From Elusimicrobiota bacterium (lineage in GTDB: Bacteria > Elusimicrobiota > Elusimicrobia > UBA1565 > UBA9628), in the NCBI GenBank assembly GCA_016182905.1, contig JACPFR010000052.1, positions 6,739 to 70,738 of the forward strand: a stretch of DNA of 64,000 bases, in the 5' to 3' direction. A program made the translations under genes and the position numbers. Shown here one piece after another: positions 42,197 through 50,926 of this stretch (position 1 is its first letter; each line of letters opens with the position of its first letter). The notes under the pieces are model-generated. The model did not search any database. It was given only the letters and a program-made list of their open reading frames with translations, and was not told where the DNA came from.

Positions 42197-42274
42197 GGTG
42201 GCCGTAGCTCAGCTGGTTAGAGCGCCGCGCTGTGAACGCGGAGGTCGGGGGTTCAAGTCCCCTCGGTCACCCCA
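42197..42274 (+). tRNA. tRNA-His (anticodon GTG) with encoded G-1 and CCA
   Basis: Cloverleaf read by hand. Acceptor gtggccg/cggtcac with an extra 5' G opposite discriminator C. D arm gctc-agctggtta-gagc. Anticodon arm ccgcg-ctGTGaa-cgcgg. T arm ggggg-ttcaagt-cccct. 3' CCA present. Confidence 0.9.
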
Positions 42275-42289
42275 GATTTGACGCGTCAA

Positions 42290-42329
42290 GAGGCCAGGGC
42301 TGAATTGTCAAGCCCTGGCCTCGCTTTTT
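42290..42329 (+). terminator. intrinsic terminator after tRNA-His
   Basis: gaggccagggct-gaattgtca-agccctggcctc, a 12-bp stem followed by gcttttt. Confidence 0.8.
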
Positions 42330-42395
42330 CGGGGATTCGCTCCGGCGCTTTCAGATCGCGGGTAGGTTCAGATCGGTGAACCGATTCCCCGGCGA

Positions 42396-42872
42396 TTATA
42401 TCCATCTACGGACTTTTAGCTTGTAGTTGCGATATTCGTCGCCAAACTTTGACTCGAGATAATTCTCTTCTTTCGCAATGACGAATTTTCTGATCAGAAG
42501 CACCACAGGAATCTGCATAAGCACTATCCATAAGCTATTGACGGCGGAAGCGATTCCAACTCCAACGACAACAAAAGAAAGATAGATCGGATTCCTGGAA
42601 AGACCATAAATTCCTGTCGTGACGATATGGGATGTTGTCTTCGATGGTGCGATATTTGTTTGAGCCTTTTTGAAGAGCCGGGAACAGGAAACTAAGATGC
42701 CGACTCCGCCTAGAATGAGAAGTGCGCCCAAGGGCCATCTCAAGCTCTCGGAAACTATTGGAGCGGGCCAAAACCAATCGAGTAAAGTGCCGAAAAGAAT
42801 ACTCAGCAAGGCAATCAATGGCGGAGGAAATTTAACCTGTGCGCTGTCGGCATCTGCTTTCAAAAAGCTCAT
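42396..42872 (-). CDS. isoprenylcysteine carboxyl methyltransferase / phospholipid methyltransferase family membrane protein
   Basis: LVTTGIYGLSRNPIYL......G......S......I......I..EE..L...FG.EY..Y...V.RWI is the typical ICMT/PEMT C-terminal block. 158 aa from the ATG at 42872. Confidence 0.75.
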   Translation of the reverse strand: MSFLKADADSAQVKFPPPLIALLSILFGTLLDWFWPAPIVSESLRWPLGALLILGGVGILVSCSRLFKKAQTNIAPSKTTSHIVTTGIYGLSRNPIYLSFVVVGVGIASAVNSLWIVLMQIPVVLLIRKFVIAKEENYLESKFGDEYRNYKLKVRRWI

Positions 42873-43630
42873 GCGGGCACCGACTTCTTGGCCGCCTTCC
42901 AAAGCTGCCGGTTGATGAAATCGGGAGCGAGCCGTCGCATGAAGGCCAGCTGGTTCGACTGCCCCGGGCGCAGCTCCAGGGCCCCTGCCTCGAGGGCCGC
43001 GAAAGATAGCTTCACCAGTTCGTCCGTGGTGAGCATGGCGACGTCGCCCTCGGAAAGGCCCGCCGTCATGTCGGTCTTCACGGCCGGAGGCATGAGCTCG
43101 ATGACCTCGACGCCGGTTTCCTCTAACTGGAACCGAAGGGACTGAGTGTAGGAGTGGACCGCCGCCTTGGCGGCGCAGTAGATCGGCGCGCTCGGCAGCG
43201 GCACGAAGGCGAGGGCGGAGGACACGTTGATCACGGTCCCCTTGTTCGCCGTGAGGAGGTCGATGAAAGCGGACGTCGTGCGGATCACGCCGCCCACGTT
43301 GACGTTCATCTCCGTCATGAGCCCGTCGAGATCGGCGGCCGGGATCTTGAGGTTCTTGTAGAGCATGATCCCGGCGTTGTTCATCAGAACGTCGAGCCCC
43401 GGGAAGTCCGCCTTGACGCGCGCCGCGAGCGCGGCGATCTGTGCTGGATCGGAGACGTCGCACTGAAGCGTGTGGAGCTTAGGGTGCTTCGCCTTCAACT
43501 CGTCGAGCACAGCCCGGCGCCGGCCGGTCACGATGACCTCATTGCCGAGCTCGATGAACTTGAGCGCGAAGGCGAGCCCGATACCGGCGGAGCCGCCGGT
43601 GATGAGGATGGTGCGGCCGTTGAGTTTCAT
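42869..43630 (-). CDS. short-chain dehydrogenase/reductase (SDR)
   Basis: TILITGGSAGIGLA (TGxxxGxG), NNAG and the S...YxxxK triad (SSA...YCAAKAA). Confidence 0.85.
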   Translation of the reverse strand: MKLNGRTILITGGSAGIGLAFALKFIELGNEVIVTGRRRAVLDELKAKHPKLHTLQCDVSDPAQIAALAARVKADFPGLDVLMNNAGIMLYKNLKIPAADLDGLMTEMNVNVGGVIRTTSAFIDLLTANKGTVINVSSALAFVPLPSAPIYCAAKAAVHSYTQSLRFQLEETGVEVIELMPPAVKTDMTAGLSEGDVAMLTTDELVKLSFAALEAGALELRPGQSNQLAFMRRLAPDFINRQLWKAAKKSVPA

Positions 43631-43640
43631 ATTCGATCTC

Positions 43641-44057
43641 CTATCCCGTGCGGCTCAGTCCGATGGCTTTGGCCCATTCGGGCGTCGGCCGGATCAGCTT
43701 CCGCTCCCTGAGGTCAAGCAGCGCGATCACGAACTCCGCCACGCAGGAGACGCTGCCGTCCGCCGTCATCATGACCTGCTCCACGCGGCCGATCTTCCCG
43801 CGGTACTCGAGCGTCTTTGAGCGGATCACGACGCGTTCTTTGCCCCGGATCTCGCGTTTGAAACGCAGTTTGACCTCGAGCAAAGTCGGCCCTATGCCGC
43901 TTTCGAGCACTTCCTTTCGTCCGAAGCCGTTGCCCGTGATCCAATCCCAGCGGGCTTCTTCAAAAAGCTCCAGGTAGGCGGCATTATTGATGTGGCCGAA
44001 GAGATCGAGATGGCGATCCTCGATGGTCGTCTTATATTCATGCGTATCCATTTTCAA
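43641..44057 (-). CDS. hotdog-fold acyl-CoA thioesterase (4HBT/YbgC-like)
   Basis: DLFGHINNAAYLELFEEARWDW is the catalytic-region pattern of 4HBT-type thioesterases. 138 aa. Confidence 0.75.
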   Translation of the reverse strand: MKMDTHEYKTTIEDRHLDLFGHINNAAYLELFEEARWDWITGNGFGRKEVLESGIGPTLLEVKLRFKREIRGKERVVIRSKTLEYRGKIGRVEQVMMTADGSVSCVAEFVIALLDLRERKLIRPTPEWAKAIGLSRTG

Positions 44058-44064
44058 TCCAACT

Positions 44065-45369
44065 CTAAGGCGCCGCCAAGTCGCTTCCCGACGCGCTCTG
44101 ACAGCGGAACCATGCTTGATACCAATTGACCATCGATAGGCTCGCCTTTTCCGTGCGATCTTTCAGCATGTCTTCCGCGTCGATGAGATTGTTGATGGTC
44201 GTCTTCCCGCTCCCGAGCCGCTTGAATTCCAAATCGGCGACCGTTCGGGCCTCGGAGATGCTTCGTCGCCTCTCCTCGTACTCTTGTCTCTTGATATCCA
44301 ACGCCGCCCTCGATTCGGAAAGATCGGCGTGAGATAAGGAGATAGTCAGGGCTCTCTTTTGCTCGAGGGCATGGCGCTGCGCCGCCGCCGCTCGTGCTGC
44401 GGCCAGGCCTGCTCCGCCGTCGAATAAAGACCATGAGAGCTGAACGCCGGCCAAGTCATAATTGGACTTCGTGACGAGGTCGAGATTCGTATAGCCGTGC
44501 CGCAGGAACCCATGGACCTTGGGCAGATACTCGGCCTTCCGAGCCTTCTTTGACAGGCCAAGGGCCTCCATCTCCTTGTCGAGCGCTCGGATGTCCTCGC
44601 GGTCGACGGGCTGGGAATCCCCGGAGCAATCGGATGATCGAGGCAGCTCCTCGGGAAGGTCGTTCGGAACGATGGGAGCGCTCTCCCCGGTCAAGCTCGC
44701 GATCGAATCGGCGAGATGATCCTCCCCCTTTTGCAGGTCCCGGATTCCTTGAGCCGCGTCGTCGATCCCGAGCTTGATCTTGAGCAGATCGGCTTCGCCC
44801 ATTCCTCCGAGCTCATAGATGCGCCGGATCTCGCGCAAGCGGTCCTTCAGGTTCGCCGCGTATTTTTCCAATGCCCGCCGTCTCGCCCTGAGCTCTAGAG
44901 CGCGAAGATAATAATCGACGGCCTTGGCCTGCGTTTCTTTCACCTGCCGCGAGCTTTTGAGACTCGCCGCCGCCGTCATGCGCTCGGAGGCCGGGACGTC
45001 GTAGAGCATGTTCGCGGGGTCGAAAAAGGCTTGCTGCAATGTCACCGAGCCCGACAGTAAATCCGACCCCAATTTTATCGGAGGAATCGCAGTCCCCCCG
45101 AGAGGAGGAAGCCGCAGCGCCTGGTCGGTGAGCAGACGCGTGTAGCCGAATCCAGCGACCAGCTTGGGGATATAGGTCTGCCGCCGCGCCGACGCCTCTT
45201 TGGCTCGGAATTCCTCGGCCGACGACCGGGCGGCTTTGACTTCGGGTCCTTGCGCCGCCATGTTCAACAGCTGCGCGATGGAGACCCCCGAGCCGTCCGC
45301 GTATGCCGGCGTCTTGAGAAGGGCGCAGTGGCCCAATAGCAGCGCGAGTAAAAAGATGGGCTTTCTCAT
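44065..45369 (-). CDS. TolC-family outer membrane efflux protein
   Basis: Signal peptide MRKPIFLLALLLGHCALL and duplicated helix-barrel repeats. Last gene of the RND operon, with a start overlap to the RND gene. Confidence 0.8.
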   Translation of the reverse strand: MRKPIFLLALLLGHCALLKTPAYADGSGVSIAQLLNMAAQGPEVKAARSSAEEFRAKEASARRQTYIPKLVAGFGYTRLLTDQALRLPPLGGTAIPPIKLGSDLLSGSVTLQQAFFDPANMLYDVPASERMTAAASLKSSRQVKETQAKAVDYYLRALELRARRRALEKYAANLKDRLREIRRIYELGGMGEADLLKIKLGIDDAAQGIRDLQKGEDHLADSIASLTGESAPIVPNDLPEELPRSSDCSGDSQPVDREDIRALDKEMEALGLSKKARKAEYLPKVHGFLRHGYTNLDLVTKSNYDLAGVQLSWSLFDGGAGLAAARAAAAQRHALEQKRALTISLSHADLSESRAALDIKRQEYEERRRSISEARTVADLEFKRLGSGKTTINNLIDAEDMLKDRTEKASLSMVNWYQAWFRCQSASGSDLAAP

Positions 45370-48300
45370 ATCCGGGCTTCCTTCTGGAATGAAAGTTTAT
45401 AGACCGATGGAATGACGAGAAGGGTCATGAGGGTCGATACCGAGAGTCCGGTGATGATCACCCAGGCGAACGGCGGCCAAAGGGTGGAGGAGCTCATCGT
45501 CATCGGCAGCAGCTCGACGATGGTCGCCGCCGCGGTCAAGATGATCGGACGCATCCGGCGCTGTATCCCTTCCGTGATCGCCTGGTCGAGCGGGACGCCC
45601 TCGTTTCTCCGGTGATCGATGTAATCGAGGAGAAAGATGCCGTTGTGGATCACGGTTCCCGCCAGGGCGAACAGGCCGAGGAGCGTCATGAATCCGAAGG
45701 TGCTCCCCGTGACGAGCAGGCCCGGCACCGCTCCGACCACGCACAGAGGGATCGTGAGGAGGATGATCCCTATCCGTCTGAAGGAGTTGAACTCGAACAA
45801 AAGAGAGATGAGAAGGAGAAACATGGCGGTGGGGAGGACGGCGAAGATCTTCTTCTGGGAGTCCTTCGATTCCTCCATGGCGCCGCCGAGCTCGATTCGC
45901 ACCCCCTCTTCGCGGTCGAGCGTCTTCAACTGCTTGGCCGTGCCGGCGGCGACGTCGTTCTCGGAATATCCGTCCGCCAGCTCGCCATAGATGTAGACGA
46001 CGGGCGTTCGATTCATGCGCTCCAGGACGGACGGGCCGAACTGAAAACCGCTGTGAACGAGCGTCTTGACCGTGATATCGTCGGTCCGCGTCGAGCCGAG
46101 ATAGCTCTCCTCCAGCTCGGAAAACGTGGAGTTCTCGTTCTGCTTGGAGATCAAGGTCATCGCGTACGGATCCGTTCCGCCGCGAAAGGTCGTCGCCGGC
46201 ACTCCGGCGGTCCGTGAAAGGATGACGGCTGAGACTTCGGCCCTGGTGAGGCCGTAGAGGCCTGCGGCGCTGTCGTTGACGTCGAGTTTATAGTCGAGAG
46301 CGCCGACGCCCAGCGTGGATCGGACTTTCGCGATCCCTTTCGCCTCGCGCACCACGGCGAAGACGTTTTGCGCCGCTTCCTGCAGCTTGAGAGGGTCGTC
46401 CGAGAATACGCGGACTTCGATAGGCGCTTTCACCGGAGGCCCCTGGCTCAATTCCCGCGCGATCAGCGTTCCGAAGGGAACCAAGGCCGACAGTTCGTCT
46501 TGCTTCTCTTTTTTGAACGCGATCGCGCTCTTGGCGTCGAGCGTTCTCACGATCATCTGGGCGACGTGGGGCGCGTTGGGCTCGCGAGGAAGGTTGTAAT
46601 AAAAGGGTGGAACGCCGCGTCCGATGACGCTGGCGACCGAAACGACCCGTTTATCCTTGCGGATCGCTTCGTCGAGGCGCTGGGTTATCTCCTTTGTCGT
46701 CTGATAGTGTGTTCCCTCCGGGAGCTGCACATCCATGATCACCAGATCGCGATCCGCGTTCGGGAAGAACTGCTTCTTCACGAAGCCGAAGCCGAGCATG
46801 GCGATCGACACGGCGGCGAGCGCGATGATGGAAATGAGCCGCGGATGGGAATGAACCAGCCGCCCAAGCCATTCTCCGAGCGGAACGACGAAGCTCCACT
46901 CGCGGGCTTTCCCCCTCTTGAGCATCTTCGCCGCGAGCAAGGGCGTGATGAAGATGCAGAAAAGATAGCTCCCGCCCAGGCCGAGCGCGGAGACCACCCC
47001 GATGTCCCGCGTGAAATCGGCGACGCTCCCCTCGGCGATCAGCATCGGGAGGAAGGCGGCGATGGTCGTCAGCGTTCCGGCGAGCAGAGGGATGAGATAC
47101 TCCTTGCGGGTCCTCTCGCCGGCCTCGACGGGATCCAGTCCCTGGTCCAGCTTCGATTGGATCCCGTCCACGATCACCACGACATTGTCGACCAGGAGGC
47201 CGATCGCCAGGATGAACGCCGCGATGGAGATCTGATGGATGATGCCGCCCAACTGGGAGAAGATGCCGAAGGCAATGGCCGTGACGAGCGGGACCTGGAT
47301 CGCGACGAGCGAGCCGACGCGAACGCCGAGCATGAGCATCAGCGTTCCGCCGACCAGCAGGATCGCCTTCAGCAGATCGAGTCCGATCTCATGAATCCGT
47401 TCTTCCACGTAGCGAGGCTGAAAGCTGACCTCCTCTATCTTTGCGCCGCTCTTTTTGAACGCCTCGGTGTTCTTGAACTCGTCGACTATCTTTCGGATAT
47501 CCTCGCCGAAGGCCTGAAGGTTCACTTTCTTCTGAGGCACGACCCCGATCCCCAGGGCTTCGCGCCCGTTGAAGAGCATGCTTTCCCTGACCGGGAGAGC
47601 AGTCGTCCTCGAGACGCTCGCCACCTCCGACAGCAGATGCGTCTCGCCGGATTTCAAGACGACCGGGAATTTGCGGAGCTCCTCGGCGGACTTGTAGAAT
47701 GAGTTGGTGACGACGCTCACTTTCCGATCGCCGAGCCGGACGTAGCCGGACGGGACGTTCGCGTTGCCGCCTTTGAGCTGGTTCAGGAAGTTGGCGATCG
47801 ACACGCCCTGCCGGCCGATCTTCTTGTAATCCAGCAAGATGCTCAATTGCTCGCCGGGAGAGCTCACTTCATCGACGGACTTCACCCTGGGATGAAGCTG
47901 CAATTTGTCTTTCAACGCGCGCGCCAGATCGTAGAGCTGCAGCCGGTCGGCGCCCCCGTACAGAGTCAGAAAGATCGCGTCTTGATCGAAGATCTCGCGA
48001 TTCAGATCCGGCTTCCAAACCGTATCGGGCAGCTCCAATTGAGCCCGGTCCAGCGCTCGTTGGACCTTATCCCAGGCGACCTCGGTTCTATCGCTCGCGA
48101 CGGTGTCCTTCAACTCGATCTCGAAGAAGCTGAGGTCGGTGCGGATCCGCGTGCGGATCTCTTTGATCTCCTCGACCTTGGCCAGCTCGTCCTCGATGGG
48201 CTTGACGACGAGCCGTTCCGCCTCCGCGGGAGTCGAGCCGGGAAAAATGACGACGACGTTCCCCGACCGCGCGGAGAGACGGGGGTCTTCCTCCCTGGGC

Positions 48301-48404
48301 GTGGTGAACCAGCGGAACACCCCGTTGAGGACCAAGAGCCACGCGATCGCGAGGAGAAGCCGCTGCCAGGCGAACACTCCGATCCCCTTTTGCGTTGAAA
48401 TCAT
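45366..48404 (-). CDS. RND efflux transporter permease (AcrB/HAE family)
   Basis: 1012 aa with 12-TM, two-large-loop architecture. Typical blocks are present (AIGLLVDNVVVIVD, SALGLGGSY, LLGLFALAGTVIHNGIFLLD). Confidence 0.9.
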   Translation of the reverse strand: MISTQKGIGVFAWQRLLLAIAWLLVLNGVFRWFTTPREEDPRLSARSGNVVVIFPGSTPAEAERLVVKPIEDELAKVEEIKEIRTRIRTDLSFFEIELKDTVASDRTEVAWDKVQRALDRAQLELPDTVWKPDLNREIFDQDAIFLTLYGGADRLQLYDLARALKDKLQLHPRVKSVDEVSSPGEQLSILLDYKKIGRQGVSIANFLNQLKGGNANVPSGYVRLGDRKVSVVTNSFYKSAEELRKFPVVLKSGETHLLSEVASVSRTTALPVRESMLFNGREALGIGVVPQKKVNLQAFGEDIRKIVDEFKNTEAFKKSGAKIEEVSFQPRYVEERIHEIGLDLLKAILLVGGTLMLMLGVRVGSLVAIQVPLVTAIAFGIFSQLGGIIHQISIAAFILAIGLLVDNVVVIVDGIQSKLDQGLDPVEAGERTRKEYLIPLLAGTLTTIAAFLPMLIAEGSVADFTRDIGVVSALGLGGSYLFCIFITPLLAAKMLKRGKAREWSFVVPLGEWLGRLVHSHPRLISIIALAAVSIAMLGFGFVKKQFFPNADRDLVIMDVQLPEGTHYQTTKEITQRLDEAIRKDKRVVSVASVIGRGVPPFYYNLPREPNAPHVAQMIVRTLDAKSAIAFKKEKQDELSALVPFGTLIARELSQGPPVKAPIEVRVFSDDPLKLQEAAQNVFAVVREAKGIAKVRSTLGVGALDYKLDVNDSAAGLYGLTRAEVSAVILSRTAGVPATTFRGGTDPYAMTLISKQNENSTFSELEESYLGSTRTDDITVKTLVHSGFQFGPSVLERMNRTPVVYIYGELADGYSENDVAAGTAKQLKTLDREEGVRIELGGAMEESKDSQKKIFAVLPTAMFLLLISLLFEFNSFRRIGIILLTIPLCVVGAVPGLLVTGSTFGFMTLLGLFALAGTVIHNGIFLLDYIDHRRNEGVPLDQAITEGIQRRMRPIILTAAATIVELLPMTMSSSTLWPPFAWVIITGLSVSTLMTLLVIPSVYKLSFQKEARI

Positions 48405-49051
48405 AGTGATGCCGCTCCTTTCTGCTCGACGACTCGAACGCCGTCGCCTGAGATGAGATTGTCCGTCCCCTGGATGACGATAGAGGCGCCGTTCAGCCGA
48501 TCCGACGACACGATGATCTTCCCGCCGGGGAGGACCTTGATCGGAACGACGGGGATCCGATGCGCGCGCTGTTCGGGCGACAGAACGAACACCTCGGTCG
48601 TGATGCCTCTCGGGCTATAGACGGCTTGGAATGGGATCTGATAGAGATGAGCGGATTTCAGCGGAAGAGTGACCTTGAGCCTCTGTCCGTCGAGCAGCTG
48701 TGTCTGGTTTTCGAGGACGAGCTCTACTCGTGTTTTGGAGATCGACTTTATCTTGGCCGGCGCCGTGTTGTGATGGACCGTCGGCAGCGTCACGGTGACG
48801 AACGAGCCTATGGGAAGAGCGGGCGTCACGCCGCTCGGGAGCTGAATCGAGAGGTGATAGGCCCGTCCGGGGCGCGGCACGGCTTCATCGTGAGCGGCCG
48901 CGTCCGAGGCTTCCGCCGTCAGCGTCAAGTGAACGGCTCCGGAGACGGGTTCGGCCTTGGCGATCGAAACCGGATGAGCCGCCAGCGCCGGCTGGGCCGC
49001 TAAGAGCAGATGGAGGGCGACTGCGCGCATCGTTCTGTTCGGGTTGGCCAT
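48401..49051 (-). CDS. short RND periplasmic adaptor-like protein (apparently lacks lipoyl/alpha-hairpin region)
   Basis: Signal-like MRAVALHLLLAAQPALA, then only ~190 aa resembling the beta-barrel and membrane-proximal part of HlyD-family adaptors (IP..AV........VFV........R.V......G..I.V.SGL..G..VV..G). The start may be 49051 or 49030. Its stop overlaps the RND start. Confidence 0.6.
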   Translation of the reverse strand: MANPNRTMRAVALHLLLAAQPALAAHPVSIAKAEPVSGAVHLTLTAEASDAAAHDEAVPRPGRAYHLSIQLPSGVTPALPIGSFVTVTLPTVHHNTAPAKIKSISKTRVELVLENQTQLLDGQRLKVTLPLKSAHLYQIPFQAVYSPRGITTEVFVLSPEQRAHRIPVVPIKVLPGGKIIVSSDRLNGASIVIQGTDNLISGDGVRVVEQKGAASL

Positions 49052-49218
49052 AGTCAATCCAGTTGGGACTGCTTCACTCTTGTCGGCGTCTCCATCGTGC
49101 TCGCTCCTCGGTTTCTCATGGTCGTCTCCGGAATTTACGCCTTTTGACATCTTCGTCCTCGACGTCGCGAAGTAACACTTTTGCGTCCGTGGCGAAACGC
49201 CGTGTCGTCATCGGTCAT

Positions 49219-49235
49219 ATAGTGTATATGCACAC
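49219..49235. promoter_or_regulatory. 17-nt candidate MarR operator in the efflux-operon promoter region
   Basis: atagtgtatatgcacac is the exact reverse complement of 49720-49736. It contains a GTGT-N6-ACAC core. Confidence 0.5.
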
Positions 49236-49274
49236 AATAGTTCAAAACATGTCCAACGACATCCTGATGCGTCT

Positions 49275-49700
49275 TTATTTGTTCAAGGCCGACGTCGCCG
49301 TTTCGAGACCGGCGAGGATCGCGGACCAGCGCTTCTCACCGAGCGTTCCGACCGCGGCACTTTGGGCCGAGCGCCAAGATGGAAGGGCTTCCTGGACTTT
49401 CTTTCGGCCTTTCTCCGTGATGGTCAGTTCTACCCGGCCGCCGCGCCCCCCGCTGTCGACGGCGCGCACCAGGCCGTCCCGCCGCAAGGGCCGGAGATTC
49501 CGCACGAGCGTCGTGCGGTCCATCCCGAGCCGATCGCTCAGCTCCGCCATCGTCCAGCTTTTCTTGGCGTTCAACGGCAGCAGGATGGACCCTTGCGTAG
49601 GGCGGATCCCATGCCGCCGCATCTGCGCGTCATAGAACTGAGTGACCTTCCGCGTCACCCGCCGCAGGTTGAAGCAGATGCAGTTCTCGATCGCCGACAT
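49275..49700 (-). CDS. MarR-family transcriptional regulator
   Basis: Winged-helix core (WTMAELSDRLGMDRTTLVRNLRPLRRDGLV......D.R...L.LT.KG). ATG at 49700 (MSAIEN) is preferred. Longer alternatives are ATG at 49727 and TTG at 49763. Confidence 0.8.
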   Translation of the reverse strand: MSAIENCICFNLRRVTRKVTQFYDAQMRRHGIRPTQGSILLPLNAKKSWTMAELSDRLGMDRTTLVRNLRPLRRDGLVRAVDSGGRGGRVELTITEKGRKKVQEALPSWRSAQSAAVGTLGEKRWSAILAGLETATSALNK

Positions 49701-49719
49701 ATCCAGTTCTTTGGACGAA

Positions 49720-49736
49720 GTGTGCATATACACTAT
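49720..49736. promoter_or_regulatory. 17-nt candidate MarR operator upstream of marR (inverted copy)
   Basis: gtgtgcatatacactat is the exact reverse complement of 49219-49235, located 20 nt upstream of the preferred marR ATG. Confidence 0.5.
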
Positions 49737-49750
49737 TATACGCTGCTTCC

Positions 49751-50926
49751 ATGATCCTGTCAAGGGCTCCGGGAGAAATATCGAGCGATCTCCATCGCCG
49801 GCATCAGGGAGGGATCGCAGTCCCCCTTTTCGATGGCCAAGCCGAAGCGCTCGCAGTTTGGCATAATAGCCGCGCGGACGGAGGCATTATCACTATCGAA
49901 GAGCTGGCCCGCCTTCTCGGCGGCACGGTCAAGGGCGACGCGGGACTCGAGGTCAAAGGCCTGCGCGACGTCGAGCGGCTTTCCCCGGAACAGGCGCTCG
50001 AGGACGGCTTCGTCTACTTCATCGAGTCCAAGGCGGTGCTCAAGCGGCACCCCCTCGCTTCCGATAACGGCATCATATTGACCACCGCCGAATTGGCCCC
50101 CCAGTTCCCCCGGGCCCTCGTCGTCTCGGGCGACGCCCGACTCGCCTTCATCAAGCTCCTCGGCCTTTTCGACCGCAAGCCGAGGTTCGCTCCCGGCGTC
50201 TCGAAGGAGCCGCTCGTGCATCCCGGCGCGAAGATCGACCCGACCGCCTCGGTCCTGCCCGGCGCCGTCGTGATGGAGGGCGCCGAGATCGGCGCCCGCG
50301 CCGTGATCTGGCCCGGCGCGGTGATCGAGACGCGCGCCCGGATCGGCGAGGACACCGTGATCCGCTCGAACACCGTGATCGGCTACGACTGCGTGATCGG
50401 CAGGCGCTGCCTCGTGCACAGCGCGACCTCGATCGGGGCCGACGGCTTCGGCTTCTACGACCGCCCCGGCGAGCGCCACAAGATCCCCCACATCGGGAAC
50501 GTCGTGATCGCCGACGACGTGGAGATCGGCGCGTCGAACACCATCGACCGGGCGACCATCGAGAGCACGACCGTCGGCGCCCAGACGAAGACCGACGACC
50601 AGGTCCACATCGGCCACAACTGCCGCGTCGGACGCTTCATCTATATCGTCGGCAATACCGCGATCGGCGGCTCCGTCGTCCTCGAGGACGGCGTCATGCT
50701 GTCGGGCAACGTGATCGTCAAGGACCACCTGCGCCTGGCGGCGGGCACCGTCGTGATGGGCGCCTCCGCCGTGGCCCAGGACACCGCGCCCAAGGACATC
50801 CTCTTCGGCACGCCCGCACGCCCGGCCAAGGAGATGCACCGCATCAACGCGTCGCTCGGGAAGCTTCCCGAGCTCGTCGCCAAGGTGCGGGAGCTCGAGT
50901 CCAAGCTCCTGGAGAAAGCGTCATGA
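49751..50926 (+). CDS. lpxD: UDP-3-O-(3-hydroxyacyl)glucosamine N-acyltransferase
   Basis: ITIEELARLLGG...G is an LpxD-type N-terminus. It is followed by long hexapeptide repeats (IG..A.I...A.IG..V.I...) and ...HIGHNC.VG... The only canonical start is the ATG at 49751, which adds ~45 non-conserved residues, so the true start is uncertain. Confidence 0.82.
   Translation: MILSRAPGEISSDLHRRHQGGIAVPLFDGQAEALAVWHNSRADGGIITIEELARLLGGTVKGDAGLEVKGLRDVERLSPEQALEDGFVYFIESKAVLKRHPLASDNGIILTTAELAPQFPRALVVSGDARLAFIKLLGLFDRKPRFAPGVSKEPLVHPGAKIDPTASVLPGAVVMEGAEIGARAVIWPGAVIETRARIGEDTVIRSNTVIGYDCVIGRRCLVHSATSIGADGFGFYDRPGERHKIPHIGNVVIADDVEIGASNTIDRATIESTTVGAQTKTDDQVHIGHNCRVGRFIYIVGNTAIGGSVVLEDGVMLSGNVIVKDHLRLAAGTVVMGASAVAQDTAPKDILFGTPARPAKEMHRINASLGKLPELVAKVRELESKLLEKAS

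Larger units (their letters stand above)
42331..49900. other. lower-GC region adjacent to tRNA-His (candidate horizontally acquired island; no integrase seen)
   Basis: Base composition drops visibly right after the tRNA terminator; the methyltransferase gene is roughly half A+T. It returns to the very GC-rich background inside the 5' part of lpxD. All seven genes are on the minus strand. Confidence 0.55.

Noticed and set aside
42331-49900. Calling the lower-GC segment a bona fide integrative mobile element.
   Set aside because: No integrase, recombinase, transposase, conjugation gene or clear att-like direct repeat of the tRNA-His 3' end could be found by eye. It is reported only as a compositional island.
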